Below the pieces are notes generated by a model. It worked only from the letters and a program-made list of their open reading frames with translations. It had not been told where the DNA came from and did no database searches. The translations under genes were made by a program, and so were the position numbers. Source: Chitinophagaceae bacterium (GTDB taxonomy: Bacteria > Bacteroidota > Bacteroidia > Chitinophagales > Chitinophagaceae). From it: DNA of 64,000 bases. The stretch covers positions 1,075,509 to 1,139,508 of the forward strand of contig JASGKK010000002.1 in the NCBI GenBank assembly GCA_047600605.1. Direction: 5' to 3'. Positions within the stretch are counted from its first letter, which is position 1; each line of letters starts with the position of its first letter. Below, piece after piece: positions 20,201 to 28,616 of this stretch.

Positions 20201-21262
20201 ATGCCCCGCTGCAAGCGGTGGTGAGCAATGAGACCGCTAACATTGATGTGTTCTTTGATAATCTGCAGAACTTGCCCCGAGCTTGCTTCGGGGTGACACA
20301 TATCCGGGGATCGATCCTGGAAGAGACGCAACTTGCCCCGCCAGCGGCGGGGTTACTATCCTTTTGGGTTGACGATGGCGGGGATATCGTCGAAAGCGTT
20401 GGCTTTTGGCTCTCCGGAGAATAGGTATAAGTTTAACGAAGGTACTGAATTAGAGCATAAAGAATTTAACAACGGAGCAGGCTTAGAATGGTACTCAACA
20501 GAATTTAGAAAATATGATCCGCAAATAGGACGCTTTCATCAGATCGATAATCTATCATTTTTGACCTATGATTATAGCCCATACACTTTTGCAAATAATA
20601 ACCCAATCTTGTTAAACGATCCCTTAGGCCTAACGGGAGATACCGCTTGGAAGGAACTTGCCCCTGTAGTTGTTACAGCAAAAATCCCCAAACCTTTAGA
20701 TACAGAGAATGGTCAAGTCTTGCCGCCACGATCCAGGTTTTGGGATTTTTGGGAAGGGAATCGTACATGGCAAGCGTACCCGGGAAGTTTCTATCGACAT
20801 GCAGTTGATCATCGAGGATACATAATTCCGAATGCACCATCTCCGCCAATCAAGTTTGAAATAAACATTCCGCCTGTAAGTTTTACAAGAATAAATCTAA
20901 GAGCCGTTTTTAATCTTAAGAACTGGATCAAAGGTCGATTTGCGATATACAGAGGAAAGAAATTCAATGGAGAATTGTACATTGGGAAAGCAACCACAAA
21001 AGATGGAAGCCTGTCTTTTAGATACTCAGCAGACGAAATCCTTGAGCTAGAGGCTACAGTGATAAAGGGATTAGACAATATACCAAACAATGCAATTGCT
21101 CTTGGAGTCGAGCAGCTAATAATTGATTTAAACGGTGGAATTCGTGGTGTCAATGTTGCTAATAAAATACCGGCTACGGTGAAAGAAATTTATATGATTG
21201 AGGCGAGATATTGGCTGAATCAAAACTTACCCAATTGGGAGACGCTATTAAAATTTCAATGA
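20201..21262 (+). pseudogene. orphan rhs cassette 1: 5'-truncated, frame-disrupted core plus an intact C-terminal toxin ORF (20333..21262)
   Basis: Homology to the main gene starts at the equivalent of 18523 (..[16 protein letters not shown]..). The core continues [28 protein letters not shown]...YDPQIGRFHQIDN...NNNPILLNDPLGL (20618-20632), followed by a unique 209-aa tail. There is no N-terminal RHS body or signal peptide. Confidence 0.8.
20204..20352 (+). repeat. three short GC-rich hairpin insertions in the rhs core of orphan 1
   Basis: H1 20204-20221 CCCCGCTGCAAGCGGTGG. H2 20269-20292 AACTTGCCCCGAGCTTGCTTCGGG (24 nt). H3 20331-20352 ACTTGCCCCGCCAGCGGCGGGG (22 nt). All three are absent from the intact gene (18520-18640) and from orphan 2. 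Confidence 0.85.
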
Positions 21263-21873
21263 TGAAAAAAAAACTCTTTTTTACAGGATCTGTGTTTCGG
21301 TTTTATATACCTGAAATTGGAAAGTATGGTTTTTGTAAGTTTTTTGATTTTAAACATTTAAGTGTATTTCATGGGCTACTTGCGCAGGTATTTGATAAGT
21401 TTACAGATACGGAAGACAACACAATAGATGATTTAAAAACTTGTGACTGGCTGTTCGGTCCAAGAAGCATATACAAATGGCCTGATTTAAAAAAAGATAC
21501 TGGTTGGAAATTATTGGGCATCTTGAATTCTGCTAAAGATGATTTTGTTCCGGATTTTAAAGAAGTTCAAGCCTTTCCCACGGTTGTAGAAGATGAGTCG
21601 AAAAAGGGGCCGTGGTATCCTATACATAATTTAACCCAAAGGGGTGAAAACTGTAATTATGGACAAGTAAAGCATTTAGAGCAAATAATCCTTACTCCCA
21701 CTATTGGGCTTATATTAAGAACTGGTATGGAATACTGCAGAATTAACGGTCTGAATGTTGGTGATTACTATGATTTAAGTAAGGCGGGCATTAAAAGTAC
21801 GTATTTGCAGATGATAAATGTTCCAATTTATAGCACCATTCCTTATGAAATACGAGGGAAATCAATAGTGTGA
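21259..21873 (+). CDS. putative immunity protein for orphan toxin 1
   Basis: The ATGATGA junction overlaps the toxin stop (21260-21262). 204 aa: MMKKKLFFTGSVFRFYIPEIGKYGFCKFFDF..., which is Imm26-like in style. The assignment rests on position. Confidence 0.65.
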   Translation: MMKKKLFFTGSVFRFYIPEIGKYGFCKFFDFKHLSVFHGLLAQVFDKFTDTEDNTIDDLKTCDWLFGPRSIYKWPDLKKDTGWKLLGILNSAKDDFVPDFKEVQAFPTVVEDESKKGPWYPIHNLTQRGENCNYGQVKHLEQIILTPTIGLILRTGMEYCRINGLNVGDYYDLSKAGIKSTYLQMINVPIYSTIPYEIRGKSIV

Positions 21874-21934
21874 ACCCATTACACTGTGGTATCCAAACCC
21901 TTTTGATCCATCTTCTATATGGTAAAAAATAGTA

Positions 21935-22738
21935 ATGAAAATTGATATTTTTAGATTGACTTCGATTGATCATGCCGGTGTCGGTAATGAAGAAAACGGA
22001 TTAGTCGACCTGCTTTATTCCTTTTTACTTTGGAAGAATGGACTGGATTATTATAAATACATATTGATTAATCAAATTGGAAAGGATCAACAGATTAAAG
22101 AAGTAGTTCAAATTAAGAATGGCCGGGTTCATGTTAATTTAATTTACACCACCGAAAAGAATTTTGATCAGTTAGATGATTATAGGAAAAATACGATCAA
22201 GGTAGATATTATCCATGAAGGGCTTCAGAGATTATCCAAAGTTGATCCAAGGTTTTCTGATGAATTGCTGAATAAAATTAGAGGTCAAATAATTTCAAAG
22301 AATTTTTCTGTTGAATTGGAAAGTATTGGAAAGAATAGTCCTTTTGACAAAGAAGTTAGTGGCAAAATGGTGATTTTGCCCACCCCGAAATACTTTGACT
22401 ATTACCTTTTGATAAAGAATGGCAGCAAAGAAATATGTAGGCAGTTTATTTATAGAGGCGCCCCAACATCCGATTATTTCTACGCTTTTTTTTCAAGAGC
22501 TAAGTGGAAGAATAACATCACTTTTATTGTTGAAGGACGTGAAAAACAAATGCGATTGAAACTTGATGTTTCTAATTGTAAAGTTACTTTTGAGAATTTA
22601 ACTCATTACCCCAACCCACCCTTATGGGAAATAATGAAAGTAGGCATAAGTGAACAGGAAAGCAAAAGCGCCTACGAAAACTGGCTGCACTCCCTTCCTC
22701 CTGCGGTTGCCGCGATGATAAGGGATCACGAGAATTAG
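21935..22738 (+). CDS. uncharacterised 267-aa protein, tandem paralog 1 (candidate orphan immunity/accessory protein)
   Basis: MKIDIFRLTSIDHAGVGNEENGLVDLLYSFLLWKNGLDYYKY... with C-terminus ...PPLWEIMKVGISEQESKSAYENWLHSLPPAVAAMIRDHEN. Confidence 0.8.
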   Translation: MKIDIFRLTSIDHAGVGNEENGLVDLLYSFLLWKNGLDYYKYILINQIGKDQQIKEVVQIKNGRVHVNLIYTTEKNFDQLDDYRKNTIKVDIIHEGLQRLSKVDPRFSDELLNKIRGQIISKNFSVELESIGKNSPFDKEVSGKMVILPTPKYFDYYLLIKNGSKEICRQFIYRGAPTSDYFYAFFSRAKWKNNITFIVEGREKQMRLKLDVSNCKVTFENLTHYPNPPLWEIMKVGISEQESKSAYENWLHSLPPAVAAMIRDHEN

Positions 22739-22751
22739 TTTCAATATAGAT

Positions 22752-23555
22752 ATGAAGATTGAAATTTTTAGACTAATTTCTATAGACCCTAATGGTATAG
22801 GAAATCGAGGAAATGGGTTATTAAATATAATTTATTCCTACCTACTGTGGAAGAACGGGTTGGATTATTATAGGTTCATCAAGGTAAACCAAATTGGGCG
22901 GGAGCAACAGGTTAAGGAATTTGTAGAAATTGACAAAGGATACGTCCATATAAATTTAATATATCCCACAGATAAGGATTTCAATTTGCTTGATGATGAT
23001 AACAAAAACAAAATTCGTCTAGAAGTTGCTCATGCAGGTTTACTGCGATTGGCAGAGGTTGATTCTCGGTTTTCTATATCTAAACTGAATAAAATTCATG
23101 AAGAAGTAATAAAAAATAATTTCCAAATTGCATTGGAAAGTGATGGTAAGATAAATCAATTTGATAAGGGCGTTCTGGTAAAGCTGTTAATCTTACCAAG
23201 TATAACCTACTTCGACTATCACTTGATAATTCAAAGGGATGGTGCCGAAATTTGCCGACAATTTTTATACCGGGGAAAGCCCGCACCTGACATTGTTACC
23301 TATTTTTTTTCTAAGCCAAAGTGGAAAAATAAAAACGAATTGGTAATTGAAGGAGAAGAAAAGCAAATGCGTCTCCGATTAAATATATCCAATTGTAATT
23401 TGGAGTTTCAGAATTTGACTCAGTATCCAAGCCCACCCTTGTGGGAAATGATGAAAGTAGGCATAAGCGAACAGGAAAGTAAAAGTGCCTACGAAAACTG
23501 GCTGCACTCCCTTCCTCCTGCGGTTGCCGCGATGATAAGGGATCACGAGAATTAG
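22752..23555 (+). CDS. uncharacterised 267-aa protein, tandem paralog 2
   Basis: MKIEIFRLISIDPNGIGNRGNGLLNIIYSYLLWKNGLDYYRF... with the same C-terminal ~40 aa as paralog 1. Confidence 0.8.
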   Translation: MKIEIFRLISIDPNGIGNRGNGLLNIIYSYLLWKNGLDYYRFIKVNQIGREQQVKEFVEIDKGYVHINLIYPTDKDFNLLDDDNKNKIRLEVAHAGLLRLAEVDSRFSISKLNKIHEEVIKNNFQIALESDGKINQFDKGVLVKLLILPSITYFDYHLIIQRDGAEICRQFLYRGKPAPDIVTYFFSKPKWKNKNELVIEGEEKQMRLRLNISNCNLEFQNLTQYPSPPLWEMMKVGISEQESKSAYENWLHSLPPAVAAMIRDHEN

Positions 23556-23568
23556 TTTCAATATAGAT

Positions 23569-24372
23569 ATGAAGATCGAAATTTTCAGATTAATTTCAAT
23601 TGATCCCGATGGTATCGGCAATCAAGGAAACGGCTTGTTAGATATTCTTTATTCTTATTTATTATGGAAGAATGGTTTAGACTTTTATAAATTCATTAGG
23701 ATTAATCAAATTGGGCATGAGCAACAGATAAAAGAATTCGTAGAAATTGAAAAAGGGAAGGTACATGTTAGTCTAATCCATCCTACGAACAAAGAATTCG
23801 ATTTACTTGATGACTACAACAAGAATAAGATTCGATTGGAGGTAATACATGCCGGACTACTTAGGTTGGCAGAGGTTGATCCCAGGTTTTCACCAAATGT
23901 GCTTGAGAAAATTCGTGAGAATATCCTCAATAGTAATTTCAATGTCGCGCTGGAAGGGGAATGGAAAGTAAACCAATTCGACAGAACTGTTCAGTTTAGC
24001 TTTTCAGTTATACCGTACACAGCATTTTTTGATTATTATATAACAGTTCAGAGGGACGGAATTGAAATTTGTAAGCAGTTTTTATATCGAGGGAAGCCTA
24101 ACCCTAGTATTGCGTATTACTTTTTTTCTAGGCCAAAATGGAAAAATAAAAGCGAGTTGGTGATTGAAGGGGAAGAAAAGCAAATGCGTCTCCGTTTAGA
24201 TATATCCAATTGTACTTTAGAGTTTCAAAATTTAACCCAGTATCCAAATCCACCGTTGTGGGAAATGATGAAAGTGGGCATAAGCGAACAGGAAAACAAA
24301 AGTGCCTACGAAAACTGGCTTCACTCTCTTCCACCGGCAGTCGCCGCGGTAATAAGAGATCACGAAAATTAG
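23569..24372 (+). CDS. uncharacterised 267-aa protein, tandem paralog 3
   Basis: MKIEIFRLISIDPDGIGNQGNGLLDILYSYLLWKNGLDFYKF... with C-terminus ...SAYENWLHSLPPAVAAVIRDHEN. Confidence 0.8.
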   Translation: MKIEIFRLISIDPDGIGNQGNGLLDILYSYLLWKNGLDFYKFIRINQIGHEQQIKEFVEIEKGKVHVSLIHPTNKEFDLLDDYNKNKIRLEVIHAGLLRLAEVDPRFSPNVLEKIRENILNSNFNVALEGEWKVNQFDRTVQFSFSVIPYTAFFDYYITVQRDGIEICKQFLYRGKPNPSIAYYFFSRPKWKNKSELVIEGEEKQMRLRLDISNCTLEFQNLTQYPNPPLWEMMKVGISEQENKSAYENWLHSLPPAVAAVIRDHEN

Positions 24373-24423
24373 TTTCTGCTAAAATATAGGTCCCTGTGAG
24401 ATTTTTTTTGTAAGAAAAATTAT

Positions 24424-25053
24424 ATGAAATATCTCTTAATCTCTGTGGTCATAGTATTGGGGTGTGGGAATGATAAGGGGACGGAGAAGGAATCAGTCAC
24501 TACCCTCAATGATACACTTACATCTGTCCAAAATTCAGTACCTGATTCAATGATATATAAATTAATTAGGGACAACCTTTATGTTGGTAAGGAAGGAGGA
24601 ATTGCATTTAGAGTGACAGATAAATCAAATCCAGAAGCATATGAGCCACGATATGTTACCACGGTTTATGTAGACGGCGTTACAGGAGCTGAAAAGCGTC
24701 TGCTGAAAGACCATGTCGACACCGCTTCCTTTCATGTAATTAAGGGAGTGTATTATGCGGATAAGAGCCGAGTGTATGTTCATAATGACATGTCCGATGG
24801 GGGTAATTTGGCGACAATTGCAAATGTCGATCCGAAAGGTATTTCAGTTCTCAGCTGTTGTTACGCTAAGACAAAAAAAATCGTCCTTTATCAAGGTAAT
24901 ATTATTGAAAATGCAGACCCCCTAACATTCAAAATTGTAAAAAGCGATTTCGAAAAAGGACAAGCGGGGCTTTTTGGGAAAGACAAGCACAATACCTATT
25001 ACATGGGGACTCCAATCACTGCTGAAGAAATAAAACAGTACGGAGTCAAATAG
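24424..25053 (+). CDS. DKNYY-family lipoprotein
   Basis: Lipobox MKYLLISVVIVLGCGND. DKNYY-type repeats YYADKSRVYV and GKDKHNTYYMG. Confidence 0.7.
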   Translation: MKYLLISVVIVLGCGNDKGTEKESVTTLNDTLTSVQNSVPDSMIYKLIRDNLYVGKEGGIAFRVTDKSNPEAYEPRYVTTVYVDGVTGAEKRLLKDHVDTASFHVIKGVYYADKSRVYVHNDMSDGGNLATIANVDPKGISVLSCCYAKTKKIVLYQGNIIENADPLTFKIVKSDFEKGQAGLFGKDKHNTYYMGTPITAEEIKQYGVK

Positions 25054-25091
25054 TGCTTCTTCGAAAGGCTATTATATTGTTCGCATTGCTT

Positions 25092-25601
25092 ATGAAAACG
25101 CTAATTACCATAATGACCTTGTTTGTTGTATCGTGTAATACGACATCGAAGGAAGCAGCGGCCTGTCCCGATTTTGTAAAAGAAAGGACGGAAAGAGAGG
25201 CTGTCCTGTTTTTTCATAGACCTATTTCGGGTTCTACTTACCAATTGTTTTTGTTTCCAGTTTACGATATTGCTAAAGATGGAATCCAAGATAGTTTAGT
25301 GTTAAATAAGCAGGTTACAGCCGGTGTTAGTTTTAGTGTTGCCTCAGATGATAAGCAGTTTTCAGACATTCTTAGAACTGCCAAAAACATTGAATTGGTG
25401 GACCACGATAGTTTGGCTCCGAATTATCGGAATATTTATTATTCCTATATAAGGGTTAACATTTTATCTGATTTACAAGAACTAAAAAAGGATAAAGAGT
25501 TGTCGCAAAAGAAATTGACATTAATGTCCGGAACAGAGATTTCGTTAAAGTATTATTTTATTCCTTTTTTCGAGTTAGAAGTTTTGGAAAGTAAAAAATG
25601 A
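25092..25601 (+). CDS. hypothetical lipoprotein
   Basis: MKTLITIMTLFVVSCNTTSKE lipobox. The track ORF begins at a GTG (25053) that overlaps the upstream stop. No recognisable domain. Confidence 0.6.
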   Translation: MKTLITIMTLFVVSCNTTSKEAAACPDFVKERTEREAVLFFHRPISGSTYQLFLFPVYDIAKDGIQDSLVLNKQVTAGVSFSVASDDKQFSDILRTAKNIELVDHDSLAPNYRNIYYSYIRVNILSDLQELKKDKELSQKKLTLMSGTEISLKYYFIPFFELEVLESKK

Positions 25602-25866
25602 AAGATACCAGAATAAGACTAGGGGCTGACTATCTTCTTCCCATCTATTTTGGTAGATTCAGGAGTCAATTCATTCGATTAACTTTTCCGCACTATCAAA
25701 TGTTCCAGTGATGGGTCGTTGAGGATCTGTTCCAGTACCTGCTCCACCATGTCTTGAATGTCCTGTTGAATCAACAGATAGGTATTCCTGATTTCTTTTT
25801 GAGTTACTTCGCAGATCACGGGCATGGGTTGCATCGTTTGCCGCTCTTTGGCTAGCGCCGCTTCAT

Positions 25867-27636
25867 CCGCAACGATACGCTGGAGTTTATCAGTCAAGAA
25901 GAAGTACGGATCCGTAAAAAAGGTACTACTGCGCTGGTATACGATTACATGCTCAAAGATCACCTGGGCAATGTGCGAATGCTGCTGACCACCGAGCGGG
26001 ATACATCGTTTTATCCCGTAGCCAGCCTCGAAACAGCCAGCCTGGCTACCGAACGCAATTATTATAGTGGCGTGGATACCGGCCGGGTTAATAAAAGTAC
26101 TGTGGCGGGTTATCCCGGCGATACCTATACCACCCCCAACGATTTTATCCAGAAGCTGAATGGCGCTGGTCCGAAGATCGGTACCAATATGGTGCTGAAG
26201 GTGATGGCAGGTGATAAAGTAAACCTCTTTGCCAAAAGCTGGTACAAAAAAACGGGATTACACCCGGCACGCCTAATAATCCGCTGACCAATATTCTCAA
26301 TGTGCTGGAGCCGGCCATCGGGGGTATTACAGGCACGCACGGCGGAGCTACGCTGACGGAACTACAGACTACCAGTGTGCTGGATAACCAGGTGACCAGT
26401 TTTCTCAACAGCCAGAGTGGCTATACCACCAGCAAACCCAAGGCTTTTGTGAACTGGGTATTGTTTGATGAACAGTTTAAATATGTGGCTGCCAGCAGTG
26501 GTTTTGAGCAGGTGGGAGCCGATAACACATTGACCACTCATACCCCGACTGCTATTAACATTTCAAAAGGCGGTTATTTGTATATTTATGTGAGCAATGA
26601 GACACCCAATGTAGACGTGTTCTTTGACAACCTGCAGGTATCTCATATTCGCGGGCCGATCCTCGAAGAAACCCATTATTATCCTTTTGGCTTAACGATG
26701 GCGGGGATATCCTCAAAGGCGTTGGCGTTTGGAGAGCCGGGGAATAATAGGAAATGGAATGTTGGAAGTGAATTAGCAAGTAAAGAGTTTAGTGATGGTA
26801 GTGGATTGGAGCTTTACGAAACGTTTTATAGGAGTATTGACCCGCAGATAGGAAGATTCTGGCAAATAGACCCAGAATTTGAAGCACAAGAGAACTCTTC
26901 TCCATACGAAAGCATGGGAAATAATCCGATAAGTAATATGGATCCGCTGGGTGATTTTAAAACTAAATTTGGTGCAAAATGGCATAGATTTTGGCATGGT
27001 GGCGGGGCTGTTCAGAAAAATGAATATGATGAATGGTATGTAAGCAAAAGCAAAGTTGAAGATGATGGGAACGGCGGTACTGTTGTGAAATCGTGGAAGT
27101 ATTACGGTAAGGGAAGGGACAAATACTTTACAGTAAGAGAAGCTCTTTTAAAAGACTATGCTATCATGGAGGATATACAACAGAAGGGGGATGCCTCTAT
27201 GTACCAAATGTACGATTCGCCAGAAGATGCAGGTAAAGCAGCTTTGAGTCTTGGGGTAGGAGTTGTTCTTCCAAATCCAGTTTTAAAGACGGGTACAAAT
27301 GCTGCGAATGCTACTCAAGTCGTTGCAAATGGAACTACAAAGGTACTTTCAAGAGCAGAGCGATTACAATTGTTCAAAGAGAGTATATTAAATGCACCTA
27401 TGCCTAAAAACCCTAAAGAGGCATTAAAGCTAATAAATAAAATTTTGGATAAAATAGAGGATGCTCATGCAGGTGCTAATGATAGAATGTATGGGATACT
27501 TGACAAAAAGTATGTGACTACCCGTTCAGATGGTGGACTTACTGCTTTAACTAAAGGGCATAGAATAGAGATATCGACTAATGGTAGTTTTAGTATTTAT
27601 GAGAGGGCTACTGGAAACCTATTTTTAACTAAATAG
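25867..27636 (+). pseudogene. orphan rhs cassette 2: 5'-truncated RHS body+core, frameshifted in an A7 tract, with a unique C-terminal toxin (open part 26302..27636)
   Basis: Homology begins at the equivalent of main-gene position 17801; 57 of 60 nt match between 25947-26006 and 17881-17940. The frame breaks at A7 (26246-26252). The core ends ...NNPISNMDPLGD (26941-26955), followed by a 226-aa unique tail. Confidence 0.8.
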
Positions 27637-27637
27637 T

Positions 27638-27904
27638 ATGAAAAAAGAACAAAAAGAAAAAAGTAGGATCGTTGCTATTTTGGATCAATATTCAATTAAG
27701 TACAAAATACATCAATTACTTTCAGGAGTAATACTTATTGATATTTGGTATAACGAAAAGTTTTATGTCATTCAATTGGAAAAAAATATGTTTGGCTTAT
27801 CTGAAATAAATGCAGGTAATCCCGGATTCGACACCATTCCTGACGAGAAGTTTAAAAACTTTCAGGAATTGGAGAATAGACTATTAATTATTCTTTCTCA
27901 ATGA
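27638..27904 (+). CDS. putative immunity protein for orphan toxin 2
   Basis: 88-aa ORF whose ATG lies 1 nt after the toxin stop (TAGTATG). A terminator follows. The assignment is positional only. Confidence 0.6.
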   Translation: MKKEQKEKSRIVAILDQYSIKYKIHQLLSGVILIDIWYNEKFYVIQLEKNMFGLSEINAGNPGFDTIPDEKFKNFQELENRLLIILSQ

Positions 27905-27915
27905 GTATTAAAGCC

Positions 27916-27942
27916 AACCACTCCTCACCGAGTGGTTTTTTT
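27916..27942 (+). terminator. intrinsic terminator
   Basis: AACCACTC-CTCACC-GAGTGGTT followed by TTTTT. Confidence 0.7.
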
Positions 27943-27962
27943 ATGCCTAAAACTTAAACAAC

Positions 27963-28519
27963 ATGGAACTAAACACAACTAACCCGCACTGCTTTATCTA
28001 CAAGACTGATGAACTACTGATAGAACTGCTTGGAGGAATGCGAATAGAAGGCTTAGACAGAATGCGTGTAACGATCAAAGTGACAGTGATAAACCGCAAA
28101 CATGCAGGCTATTTAAACAATAAAGAACTGGCTGGATTATCGACAATCTGGATTTGTGCAATGACACACAGGTGGAGAAGTTTGTAAGAAGAGTTGCAGA
28201 GAAGTTGGAAACGGGCAGCATAGCCCTTACTAAAGCCATTGCAGACATCACCAGCCAGTTAGGAGAATACAGGCTCAAACAATTGGATAAGCAAGAGACA
28301 AGGAAGGAGAAGGATTTAAGCAAGGAAGAACGGGAAACAGCTATACAGTTCTTGGAGCAAAAGGATCTGCTGAACAGAACCAATGAGCTGATAGGTAAAA
28401 GTGGTGTGATAGGAGAAGAAACCAACAGGTTGCTCATGTACCTGATATTTACCAGCAGAAAAAGAGAGCATCCCCTGCATGTGATTTCACTGGGTAACAG
28501 CGGTATTGGAAGCCTGTAA
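27963..28519 (+). pseudogene. 5' fragment of a mobile-element primase/helicase-like P-loop gene (frameshifted and truncated)
   Basis: Two overlapping ORFs in different frames (27963-28187 and 28154-28519). The second ends ...NRLLMYLIFTSRKREHPLHVISLGNSGIGSL*, breaking off inside a Walker-A-like GxxGxGK. It resembles replication proteins of Bacteroidota mobilisable/conjugative elements, from memory only. Confidence 0.5.
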
Positions 28520-28616
28520 CTAAAATGCCGATCAGGGTTCGGAACGTCGAAGCGAGCGTGGCAACAGGCGATGCTAGTAGTAATGCAGTTGGGTTCATAA
28601 GACTTCTTTTATTAAC

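Larger units (their letters stand above)
21935..24385 (+). repeat. three tandem 817-bp units, each carrying one 267-aa ORF
   Basis: Starts at 21935, 22752 and 23569 are exactly 817 bp apart. The 90 nt spanning stop, 13-nt spacer and next start are identical at 22670-22759 and 23487-23576. Confidence 0.9.

Noticed and set aside
20204-20352. Programmed translational bypass or frameshift across the hairpin insertions, in the style of T4 gene 60
   Set aside because: I found no matched take-off and landing codons flanking the inserts. The insert lengths (24 and 22 nt for H2/H3 in orphan 1, where H1 sits at the 5' truncation point; 22/23/22 in orphan 3) do not restore the frame. Both cassettes also lack an N-terminus, and orphan 3 has further stops.
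25679-25963. 94-aa minus-strand ORF
   Set aside because: It is a chimera. Its first third is antisense to the rhs fragment of orphan 2. The rest looks like the C-terminal remnant of a disrupted minus-strand gene. I treated it as a recombination scar, not a gene.
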